A stretch of DNA of 64,000 nucleotides, taken from the NCBI GenBank assembly GCA_049724395.1, contig JAUGWO010000007.1:310001-374000 (forward strand). Reading direction: 5' to 3'. This DNA comes from Spongospora subterranea f. sp. subterranea (Eukaryota). Positions 38,901 to 51,287 of the stretch are shown one piece after another. The position numbers were made by a program, and so were the translations under genes. The first letter of the stretch is position 1; every line of letters starts with the position of its first letter. The notes below the pieces were generated by a model. The model was not told the DNA's origin and made no database searches. It worked only from the letters and a program-made list of their open reading frames with translations.

Positions 38901-41176
38901 GGAACATAGCCTGGTGCTTGTGGTGCAGGTTTGTACGTAGGAGGAACATAGCCTGGTGCTTGTGGAACAGGTTTGTACGTAGGAGGAACATAACCTGGAA
39001 TGACTGGAACATAGCCTGGTGCTTGTGGTGCAGGTTTGTACGTAGGAGGAACATAGCCTGGTGCTTGTGGAACAGGTTTGTACGTAGGAGGAACATAACC
39101 TGGAATGATTGGAACATAGCCTGGGGCTTGTGGTGCAGGTTTGTACGTAGGAGGAACATAGCCTGGTGCTTGTGGAACAGGTTTGTACGTAGGAGGAACA
39201 TAACCTGGAATGACTGGAACATAGCCTGGTGCTTGTGGTGCAGGTTTGTACGTAGGAGGAACATAGCCTGGTGCTTGTGGAACAGGTTTGTACGTAGGAG
39301 GAACATAACCTGGAATGATTGGAACATAGCCTGGGGCTTGTGCAATAGGCGGAACATAGCCTGGTGCTTGGTCCAGCAGGTTTGGACGTAGGAGGAACAT
39401 AGCCTGGATTGGCTTTAGTTGGAGTCGGTGTAGCCGGTTTGTACGTAGGAGGAACATAACCTGGTGCTTGTGCAATAGGCGGAACATAACCTGGTGCTTG
39501 TCCAGCAGGTTTGGACGTAGGAGGAACATAGCCTGGATTGGCTTTAGTTGGAGTCGGTGTAGCCGGTTTGAACGTAGGAGGAACATAACCTGGAATGATT
39601 GGAACATAGCCTGGTGCTGGTGCAATAGGCGGAACATAACCTGGTGCTTGTCCAGCAGGTTTGGACGTAGGAGCTTTAGTTGGAATCGGTGTAGCTGGTT
39701 TGTACGCAGGAGGAACATAGCCTGGTGCTTGTGCAATAGGCGGAACATAACCTGGAATTATTGGAACATACCCTGGTGCTTGTGCAGCAGATTTGTAGGT
39801 AGGAGGAGCATAACCTGGAATGATTGGACCATAGCCTGGTGCTTGTGCAATGGGCGGAACATAACCTGGAATGATTGGAACATAGCCTGGTGCTTGTGGA
39901 GCAGATTTGTAGGTAGGAGGAAAGCATAACCTGGAATGATTGGACCATAGCCTGGTGCTTGTGCAATGGGCGGAACATAACCTGGAATTATTGGAACATA
40001 GCCTGGTGCTTGTGCAATAGGCGGAACATAACCTGGGATTATTGGAACATATCCTGGGGCTTGTGCAGCAGGTTTGGATGTAGGAGGAACATAGCCTGGA
40101 TTGGCTTTAGTTGGAATCGGTGTAGCCGGTTTGTACGTAGGAGGAACATAACCTGGAATGATTGGAACATAGCCTGGTGCTTGTGGAGCAGATTTGTACG
40201 TAGGAGGAACATAACCTGGAATGATTGGACCATAGCCTGGCGCTTGTGCAATAGGCGGAACATAACCTGGATTCATTGGAACATATCCTGGGGCTTGTGG
40301 AGCAGGTTTGTACGTAGGAGGAGCATAGCCTGGAATGATTGGACCATAGCCTGGTGCTTGTGCAATAGGCGGAACATAACCTGGATTGATTGGACCATAG
40401 CCTGGTGCTTGTGCAATAGGCGGAACATAACCTGGATTGATTGGACCATAGCCTGGTGCTTGTGCAATAGGCGGAACATAACCTGGAATGATTGGACCAT
40501 AGCCTGGAATGGCTTTAATTGGCGTCTGTGTGGCAGGCTTGTATGTAGGAGGAACATAGGCTGGAGGGACGGCTGCCAATACTTTGGGAGGGCTATAAAA
40601 ATCGGCACTTAATACTTGCATGCCATTCTGATCTGGTGTCGTTAAGGGATCCTTAATTTCTAGCTCCAGATTGGAATCGCTGACCAACGGCGTAAAAAAA
40701 CATGTGGGGCCACAAATAGTAGCGGCGTTGGAGGTTGACCTTGGTAGAGAGGTATGAATGCTAATTACGTCGACTAGATAATCTCCTGAGATCTGAAATG
40801 AAAGGATACCCTGACTGGATTTCATATTCTCCCAAAATACAATGCACACATCATCAGAAGCGATCTTACCGAACTGCGCCTTGATCGACGTCTCATGTCC
40901 CTCGACTAACGAGGCCATATCGTGACACATACACGGTGGCAGCGTAAAGGATACTGTCGCAGACGGGACGCTAGAATCAGGTCGGGGCTCATACGCTATC
41001 AAGTAGCTAAACGTGGTCACTCCCGGTGCGATGGTCTGTATATCGTTCACCCTTATCAGATACCCATCTGAGACCACCGACCTCGCGGCAAGGCTGCATT
41101 GCTGGTCAGCCTCTATCGCACACAATATTGCTGCACTATAGAGTGCGATTAAACATCGTACGCCACTTCTCCGCAT
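26903..41176 (-). CDS. Giant predicted type-I membrane adhesin/mucin-like protein: signal peptide, PGYVPP(TYK) repeats, nine Cys-rich domains, S/T spacers, LamG/ConA-like domain, TM; four apparent frameshifts
   Basis: ORFs 39758-41176, 34967-39748, 28369-35001 and 27993-28361 are collinear and joined by 1-2 nt insertions. GT-AG introns at ~27972-28022, ~27627-27675 and ~27184-27217 link to SYSLWIYP...WTQISIVIDG (LamG-like) and AAVAVACAVGVSCMSLLACFFIRRRR (TM plus stop-transfer). The exact stop position is uncertain. Confidence 0.85.
31230..33120 (-). repeat. 108-bp (36-aa) coding tandem repeat TTRASSVAGSTPIPSSVTTPRVSSGATTIPTSSSAS
   Basis: Near-identical units recur at 108-bp spacing (e.g. 31465, 31573, 31681, 31789). 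Confidence 0.95.
38335..40565 (-). repeat. Coding tandem repeats built on PGYVPP; core 105-bp (35-aa) unit QAPGYVPPTYKPAPQAPGYVPVIPGYVPPTYKPVP
   Basis: TGACTGGAAC recurs at 38686, 38791, 38896 and 39001 (105-bp period). Shorter PGYGPIIPGYVPPIAQA units lie towards the N-terminus. Confidence 0.95.
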
Positions 41177-41460
41177 GCTGGATTGGTAACAGCAGCACCG
41201 CTGACCACAAAATATTACAATGGGAGTGGGTCGTTTGCCTCATCGAAATATCTTCCGTTAATCCGAGATATTTACGGTTTGAATCACATGCAAAATTTTT
41301 GATATCCTTAGGGAGTCATGCAAATACATAGGGGATTAGCAAAGTCAGAAAACAAATCCATGCATGTGAGGAAACGCAAAATGAAGCAACACTAAAATCA
41401 AATTCGTGAATACTGTACTCAAATATATTGATCATTCTGGGAATGAATAATGTACTTCGG

Positions 41461-43165
<1,705 letters not shown>

Positions 43166-46002
43166 CGTTTGACCAGCAAATTCAGGTCCTATTGTGTAGT
43201 AAATGGACTGGGCGAAACGCTAACTGTATGAAATAGGATTGTCAACCCAATGCGGAGTATGCCAACCGCTCTACAGTTAGTCGTCCACTATCCCCAGTGG
43301 CACTTACGTCGACAATCCAATAATAGAATTGAACAGACTTTCGGCGGCTATAGCGTCCACTGCGCGCCTGTTGTGCTGAGTGTACACTGGTGTGGCAAGT
43401 ATATGGTGACCGGAGCAAGCAACAGTCGAGCTTTCACCGAACCATCTTGCCGAACAACCGAAGGACAGTTACACTCTATGAAACAATCAAGGTTGACGTT
43501 TATCCTACATTCTTCTCGTTTCTCCACTGACAATTAAACTTTCTTGAGCATCAAGTTCGCAAACGCTGATTTGCCGTTGAGCGTCCTTTGTTCAGGTCTC
43601 GGCTGTTATAATCAATACTGTAGCGCTTATATGCTCTTGGAATTATATGCGTTTATTGCGACACTGGAATAAGAGCTTGTCGTGATAAAACCGTCGGATC
43701 CGTGCCAAAGGAACCAGCGACCATTAAACAGTCCAGAGAGCCAACCATTTCTGGTCGTCCACGACTTGCGTTCTCAGCAGAATTCGTTTCAGACCAACCG
43801 ACCGCAGAATCGAGCAGCTAAAAGCTTTAACAACGGCCTTAAATACATCTGCAGCGGCATTTGATATCCATGCTTTTCGTCATTTCTGATTCGCAAGGAC
43901 TAGTAACGACGCACGTGTCAAAAAATCTGAGCTTTCTTTATGCGCGCCCATTTTTTGTTTAAAATAATAGTAATGCGCCCGTCAATGCGTAAATATCCTA
44001 AAATTGTTCATGCTGAGTTGTCGGTATTCCAGTTCAATATTGGCAGGACGGCAGGATTCTTCAACAGGAGGACTCAGCTTCGGCTTTTCAATGTAGGACT
44101 GGAAACCCCTTTGGCTCCAAAACAAAATATGCTTGCCAAAACGAAGCCTTTAAGGCTTGAAAACAAATAATCGAGCTTGGCAGCAATCATGATCATTGTT
44201 TGCTCGTACTAAAGCACCAGGATCTTCCCCATCACAAAAGAGAACCGTGATATGAGGCAAGAACCAGAACGGTACGATGACCCATTATACTTGGAATTGA
44301 TGTCGGTTGATGAGTGAATCGCCGGCATTTCTTGACTCCTGGAAAAATTCCTCAAAATAAAGTGCCCCCGCGAATTGAGAGAATTCTTCACAGCAGGATT
44401 GCAACCGGCACTGTGACTATGCAGTTGGATGGGACTCTTGGCAGAATGGTGTCAGCGTCAGATAAACAAGTGTCCTTTACTATCGTGTTAGATCATGTCA
44501 GGCCCTGGCCAACAACGCTCTCTGGATACCGTCACGACTAATGCTGATTCTGGCCTCCACCATAGACCTCTACTCTCGACATCTTACAGTGATAACGCTG
44601 CCAATAGAAACAAGTTTCAGGCAATTAGAGACATGCAGGAAAATATATTTCAACTGCAGTGCAAACAGTAATAGAAGGTTAGTATAGTAAGAAACGCGCT
44701 TCATAATCAACTGCAGGTTTCCAGATCAACGGGAAAATCTTAGCAAGTGTAGCTACGAGGAGATTGTGGCGTCGTTTGAACTCAAGCAGGAAAATTCAGA
44801 CCACCTTTTTGAATCAGTAAGTAAGCGCTGAATCGTCAGGATCTACAGTATAATTTTGTGTGCATAGTTGCAGAGAGTAGCAACGATGCTTGAAGAAATA
44901 GAGCACCCGTCTCACAACGCATTTTGACGTAAAATCCCCTGCTTGAACTCCAATTTCCTCCCGTTCGCCTTCCAAACCTCTGTGAATACAACGATTTCAT
45001 CTGACACGACACCCTTCTCATAATCGTCTTACAAGTGTTGCGTAAAATTTTGAACAAGTTGTTCAAGAGGTTGATGAACATTAACGAGTTAAACACTGTA
45101 GCCCTTCTGCAGAATTGTCGTACGCCTTCATGCAAAATGCCATTATATTTTTCTGACTTTTATCCAGCCCTTTAACACAAACTTGATGCGATATTGATGA
45201 TCGATGAGGTTGTTAATTGGGCATAATAAAGCGATGAGCAATTGGTAGTTCCAAAGCATTCTTATTGTTTTTTAGATTTGTTATTAAATAACTATTTTCT
45301 TACCAACGAGAATTCAAAATAAACGTCAATGCAGTATCTATAATCTGCGGTTTTAGATGTGAAAATATGATCAGAGAGTTTCAGTGGCCCTGGAAACCTA
45401 CATGAAGGTTTAAGCACTCATTTTTGGACCGCCTCTAGCGCAAGCGAGTACGCTTCGTATCTCTTAACCTTGTGTCTGATTCATGTCGTCCGGGATTTGG
45501 AGACTCCAATACGCTTTATGGTGACCGATACTGCATCGTCTGAACCCTCCTTGTAGACAAAACGCAAACAGTCGCAGGAACGAGAAATTCAAGCATCCAA
45601 ATGCAAATCGGTTTATGATGAAACAATTGGTTGGCTATTCGATGCAAATCTAGCAAGTCTGTTAATTGACAACTCGGCTGGTACAGAACGAGTTTGCTGA
45701 GAAATTTCCAATCCGGTAAGTTTTCCACACCGGACTCGCAGGATCACAACGTCCATCTCGACGTTGACACAAAGCGTGCACTTTTCTAGCTTCATCTGAA
45801 TTACTTAATTTTGGGACTCTTCATAAATCCTCTGACAATCAATACTGGAGGGCATCAACGTGTTCCTGGAATGACCGATGATGACACTCCTTTGGTTAGT
45901 CCGCAAAGCCCGCTAGTCCCGTGGACCGTGGCCCCGTGCGGTCTCCGTAACGACCCAGACCTACATCGCGCCATCACCACCTGATCCAACTATCTCGTCG
46001 CC

Positions 46003-47513
46003 ATGAGGCTTGATGTGGGAATGGTCAAGTATTTGACCCGGGAAGATTTCCGTATTCTCGTCGCTATTGAATTAGGAATGAAAAACCACGATCTTGTGCC
46101 AGCGGGTCTAATCGCGATACTCTCGGGCCTTCCACATAACGCCGTGTTTCGTTGTCTCGGCAATGTCCACAAACACAAGCTGGTATTCCATAGCAGACAG
46201 AAATGTGATGGATACCGGTTGACATACCTCGGCTATGATTATCTAGCACTGCGAACATTTGTTTCGAGAGGTGTAATTACAGGAATCGGAAGAAAAATTG
46301 GAGTTGGCAAAGAGGCCGACGTATTCGAAGTTACGAACGATAACGAAGACCCGATGGTACTCAAACTACATCGCTTAGGTCGTACATCATTCAGGGCAAT
46401 AAAGGAAAAACGGGATTATTTGGGTAAAAGGAAGAGCGCTTCGTGGATATATATGTCCAGGTATTCACTGCCACTCTGCTTACAAATCTTGACGCTGAGT
46501 TTTCCTTTTTTAGACTAGCAGCTACTCGTGAATATTCATATATGCAAGCTTTACACTCAAGGGAGTTTCCCGTTCCGAAACCGGTCGATTGCAATAGGCA
46601 TTGCATTTTAATGTCAAAAATTGACGGAATTCCATTGACGAATGTTCGTGAACTTGGCCAACCTGGCGCCGTTTTTTCAGACCTCATGTTTCTCATTCAG
46701 CGTCTGGCTGAGTACGTAAAGATAATCAACACGCGATTACATATGTGAACTTAACGATTCAAATTTAGGTATGGACTTGTCCATGGTGATTTTAACGAGT
46801 TCAATCTGCTTTGTGGTGAACAAGGCGAAGTGTCAATGATTGATTTTCCTCAAATGATATCAACTTCTCACTCCAATGCTGAAGAACAGTTTGACCGCGA
46901 TGTCAATTGCATCAGACTCTTCTTTAAAAAGCGATACAAATTCTTTAGCGATGTTGTCCCTCAGTTGTTGGTCGACGCGGAAAAGCGAGTTCCCCTCGAC
47001 GTGGAACTTGGCGCAAGTGGCAATTGCGGGGCGACGGATCAAATTTATCATTCATACTTAGCAGAGGTAAAAGATGTCCCAGTCTACAACGAAGACGTGG
47101 ATAATCAGTCCGATGTATCATCTGATTGCGAAGAGTCTTGTGCAAATGATGACGAAAGCGAGGCCGGTGATAGGGAAGATGAGCCGAAAGAATGCGATTT
47201 GCGGGAATCAAGCGTCGAGGAAGCCTGTGATGCATTGGAAGAAATCAACGTGCAAGATCATACCTTATCTGCTGAGACAGTTGACCCTGATGACGAAGAA
47301 TCTCGTACAGAAGCGAATATCGAACTGTCTGCTGTGATCCCATTGAACAGCTCTAAAGGTAAATTGAGCAAAGAAGATATTCGAGCTCGTGTAAAATGCC
47401 GGCGAGAAAGAGCTGCTGTTCAACATTCTAAAAGCATTGCCAAAGCTTCTAGACGGTGTAAGATAAAGTGTAGACAGGATATGAAGTGCAACATATCTCA
47501 ATCATTATCGTAA
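46003..47513 (+). CDS. RIO2: RIO2 atypical protein kinase (pre-40S maturation), three exons
   Basis: DFRILVAIELGMKNHDLVP, GYRLTYLGYDYLAL, IGVGKEAD, KLHRLGRTSFR, HGDFNEFN, MIDFPQMIS, FDRDVNCI. Introns ~46461-46512 and ~46713-46768. Confidence 0.97.
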
Positions 47514-47541
47514 TACTTTAAACAATAACAAAACGATGTTT

Positions 47542-47980
47542 TTAATCATCATAAGACGGTACTTGACTATAATCAAACCCTTTAGCGCCCATATATGCAT
47601 GATATAAAACCCATGAGTTATATGACCCGGGAATAAATCCTGCAGAACATGACCGAACTCAGTTTACCCAATATTGCATCAAGATATTAGGTCAAACCAA
47701 TTCCTCCAATTATCAGAAAAGGTAAAGCATCATTCATTGTCGAGCGCAGGAATATGAGTAATCCAGAAAGCGAGAAAACAATGCCGATAAGGAAAAGAGA
47801 CACTGCCGCAATGGCTGTTCGTATTGGTAGGCGACGAGGGTGAAGAAGCAAAGGAGGCCCATATCTCCCTGATTTCGCCTCGGCTGCAATCGTGTCGAAA
47901 TTGCCGGCGACGGTTGCATCGTCATCAGTGGTTTGCGCTAGCGGTCGCCGTCTAGGGTTGTCTGATCCCAAAGGGCCCAT
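47542..47980 (-). CDS. Small two-TM protein of the TMEM230/TMEM134 (DUF872) family, two exons
   Basis: PIRTAIAAVSLFLIG...FLIIGGI|GFIPGSY...YHAYMGAKGFDYSQVPSYDD*. Confidence 0.85.
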
Positions 47981-49908
47981 ATATAATACTGCTGCCAAGG
48001 ACGATAACTCGTCCTTGATCCAATTATTATTGTGAGTCAGCTTTCCCCGTTGGACGATGATGACTCTGGATCAGAGGCCGCATCTCTACACACCCTTCAC
48101 TGCCACATTAACCGATCTGACGTTCAGGCATCGTTACACATGTATAAATCAATCGACAATGATGTCGGAAACGGGAAATGGCGCCAGGGACTTATCAGCT
48201 CGTCAGAAGTATTTTACCGATTTCACGCGGTTCGATGATAAACGACCATCGATCCTGGATTGCCTTGAAAGTGCCGATATTCGGCTACATTTTATTGGTG
48301 ATTGCCCGCTGATTCCGGTTGTTGTGACTGTTCAACAGAAACGTGGGAACCATTTGAAAAAAGGCCTGCGACAGTGACAAAAAAACTGAACAGTTCTTGG
48401 CCATGGTTCTAAGACCGCCGACACATGTCAGAGTGACTCAAAAAACACAAAAAAATTTCGTTTTCAGCGCCTCCATCAAATGCAATTGGCTAGTGATTGA
48501 AAAGACTTACCCTGGCATCGAACTGCATGCCACTCTTGTTTGGACAGCAATACCCATCTGCCATCGGTTTGGCATATCAGTGACCGTGTCGCTGGTCCTT
48601 CCACACGAGTTCTCACTTATTCACTCATTTCCCGATTTGATTAGCCTGAGTTGTCTAAATGTGTAAGCAGTCGTTTAAAAAGCGCTCGGCATACCGCTGT
48701 GAATGGTCACGGAAAAGCTTTTGGATTTGATTACAACGTATCGAGCAACCAACGTTGTTGAACTTACATTATTAAGAGTCTAGAAGAGAAAACATGTACA
48801 GTAGTAAACCCAAAATAATCGCTAAGACAGGAAACGAGAGAGCAACTCATGACCGAAACGGGGAAGATCATACTGCCAGTTGACAAGCACCATTTACCCA
48901 CAGGAAATAAATCAGGATTGGTCAGGATTGGTCATAAAAACGGTTTTCAATCCAATCGGATGATCCCTGAACGCCATGGGTACTCATTACTTGTTCGTCG
49001 CGTGCCTTTCAAGTTCAAGATGGGATTAATGGTCGGGAATTGAGTTAGAAGTGAATCAATTAAGTTTCAGTTTACTACCTAGTTACTCAAACACAAGTCT
49101 TTCAATTTCGCATTTTTACTACACTGCAACTTTACACCAGTGTCTCAATTATCTAGAATTAACGCAGCTCTCATCATAAAAAATACGAGTATCTGCAGGC
49201 AATCTTGGTGCCAGAGTTCAGGCATCAATCAAGGGTGTAATTCAGACCCAGTCTATTACAGAGATATGTAGAGGATTAAGGATCCAGTCAGGTTTTGGCT
49301 GCCAAAAAGGACACATGAAGCGATTGAGATAGGCAGTGGTCCCTGATGTACGTGGCGCCTGCAGAGACCAAATTGGATCGATGGGCTCCTGGCGGGAAAC
49401 CCAACCAGGATTTACGAGAACCTGAGAATGGACACGAATCTGTTCTTTGGTCTCAAGGCGATGTTGACCGATTCAGAAAAAGCTTTCGGATTAGACATTA
49501 CAAACGAGATGTATAGGATTTTATCACCGGCTAATCGTCTCGCGACTTCTTTAAAACCTTCCTGTGCATGCCGGTTTTGTGGCGCTTTGCGACACCGTGT
49601 ACAGAATTATTGCTCGCTGCTGTTGAACATTCATATAATTTGTTAGTAAAAGCAATCCAGAATCGGTCAACATTGCCTTCAAACCAAAGAATAGATTCGT
49701 ATCCATTCTCAATTTCTCATAGATCCTGGTTGGGTTTTGACAATATCCTTCACTATACTAGTGTATGGAGAAGCGGAAATCCCTTTTTCGATGCACATGA
49801 TAAATAATTGTATAACTGATCTGTTGCCTATAGTTTTGCTTGTTATGACGATCATCAATTGTGTACCTCAACAAACAATTTGCCATCATATCCCATTATC
49901 ACCATCCG

Positions 49909-51186
49909 ATGGATCAGAGAATATACCCATGGCGAGATAAACCCTCCGAGCTGATCAACCGACGTATGGCCCTTGCCCAATCGTCCCGCCTCTTCCTGGT
50001 CCAGGAGCGAGGTCCGACGTCATTCGTCGTCATGGCCGAGGATTGTCCACAAAAACGGTTCCGAGTCCTGATTGGATCCAGCCAGACCTGTTCCTGTCGC
50101 GACGCTGCCGAGCTCTGTGTTCACCTGCTGTTTGTCATGGTGAAGGTGCTAAGGGTGCCGACTGATAATCCCCTGGTCTGGCAGCGCTCTCTCCTCGACA
50201 GTGAAGTGAGTCAAATCCTGGCCGGCGCCCATTTGAGGAGGACGGCAGCTGCCGTTCCAGGGCGGGCTCAAGGGCGCCCGATTCAACCTGGGCCGCTTGT
50301 GCAGCAGCGACCTGTCGCAGATGACGACCATTGCTCCATCTGCATGGACAGCTTGGGGGATGGGCAACAGCTGGCGTTCTGTTCCAGCGGTTGTGGCAAT
50401 AGTGTTCATAATGATTGTATGAGGGTTTGGGCGTCATTCCGTCGATCCATCAGCGAGCCTGTCATCTGTCCTCTCTGCCGATCCGATAACTGGGGCCCAA
50501 TATCGCCATCATCAGGACCTGTACCTGTTCAGGCCAAGGCTCATCCCTGGGTCCACTGCTCGGCCTGTAGTAGCAAGCGTCTGATTGGTCCTCGCGTCAC
50601 CTGTGCCCTTTGCCAGGATTTCAATCTCTGTTCTATCTGCGCTAGAACTCAAACCACTCGCCACCTTCATAAGAACGCGCTCTTCGTTAAACACAGGCCA
50701 GACCGTGAGTTTCAGCCGCTAACCGCTGTCAACTCATCACTAGGATCCGTTTTGGCATCTCTCTTGCTGCGAGATTCACTCCAATACAAACACCAATCCC
50801 AATGTATCCTCTGTAATGGCGAAAATACTCTGGATATCAGTCAAGGGAAATATTGTGAATTGCAATGTGGCCATATAGTTCATCATTCATGCCTGTCTAC
50901 CGCTATTGATCGTGATGTTGAACTATGCTGTCTGATTGACGGTAATCCAATTTTTCCCGGTTTGAGAAGAAGAAAGAAATGCCCCGCCGCAATGAACACC
51001 ACCGGCGCCAAAACACTATTATTGCACCGACATGCTAAGGATAACCCAGGATGGAATCAAAAGCAAATTGTGAAGTTCGGAAGGCGAGCAATTAATGAAT
51101 GCGCAACCAACGGATTATCGCTGGCAGGTCGAGGATTAGTTCCTTCACAGCTATCACTAACACATGCGAGATACAATACGAGATGA
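49909..51186 (+). CDS. ZSWIM2: ZSWIM2/MEX-like E3 ligase: SWIM, RING, ZZ and RING zinc fingers
   Basis: GPTSFVV...CSC...LCVHLLFVMVKVLRVP..NPLVWQRSL (SWIM), CSICMD...CGNSVHNDCMRVW...CPLCRS (RING), CSACSS...CALCQDFNLCSIC (ZZ), CILC...CGHIVHHSCL (RING). Confidence 0.85.
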   Translation: MDQRIYPWRDKPSELINRRMALAQSSRLFLVQERGPTSFVVMAEDCPQKRFRVLIGSSQTCSCRDAAELCVHLLFVMVKVLRVPTDNPLVWQRSLLDSEVSQILAGAHLRRTAAAVPGRAQGRPIQPGPLVQQRPVADDDHCSICMDSLGDGQQLAFCSSGCGNSVHNDCMRVWASFRRSISEPVICPLCRSDNWGPISPSSGPVPVQAKAHPWVHCSACSSKRLIGPRVTCALCQDFNLCSICARTQTTRHLHKNALFVKHRPDREFQPLTAVNSSLGSVLASLLLRDSLQYKHQSQCILCNGENTLDISQGKYCELQCGHIVHHSCLSTAIDRDVELCCLIDGNPIFPGLRRRKKCPAAMNTTGAKTLLLHRHAKDNPGWNQKQIVKFGRRAINECATNGLSLAGRGLVPSQLSLTHARYNTR

Positions 51187-51287
51187 AGAATAAACCGCAA
51201 TCAAACACAGGAATATCATGGAAACAATCAAGTGTATTAAAAGCGAGATGATGATGAGAGATGTAATTAAAGAATAGACTAGAAGTA

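Noticed and set aside
38209..40612. W/R/C-rich and HKHQAMF-repeat ORFs
   Set aside because: Alternate frames of the PGYVPP array. The HKHQAMF stretches inside the main ORFs only mark the frameshifted interval.
43300..45800. Possible MULE-like transposase traces (e.g. NRAAKSFNNGLK at ~43810)
   Set aside because: Too degenerate to support a call by eye.
48057..49700. Short ORFs with faint pogo-like similarity (LHFIGDCP)
   Set aside because: Single weak motif; insufficient evidence.
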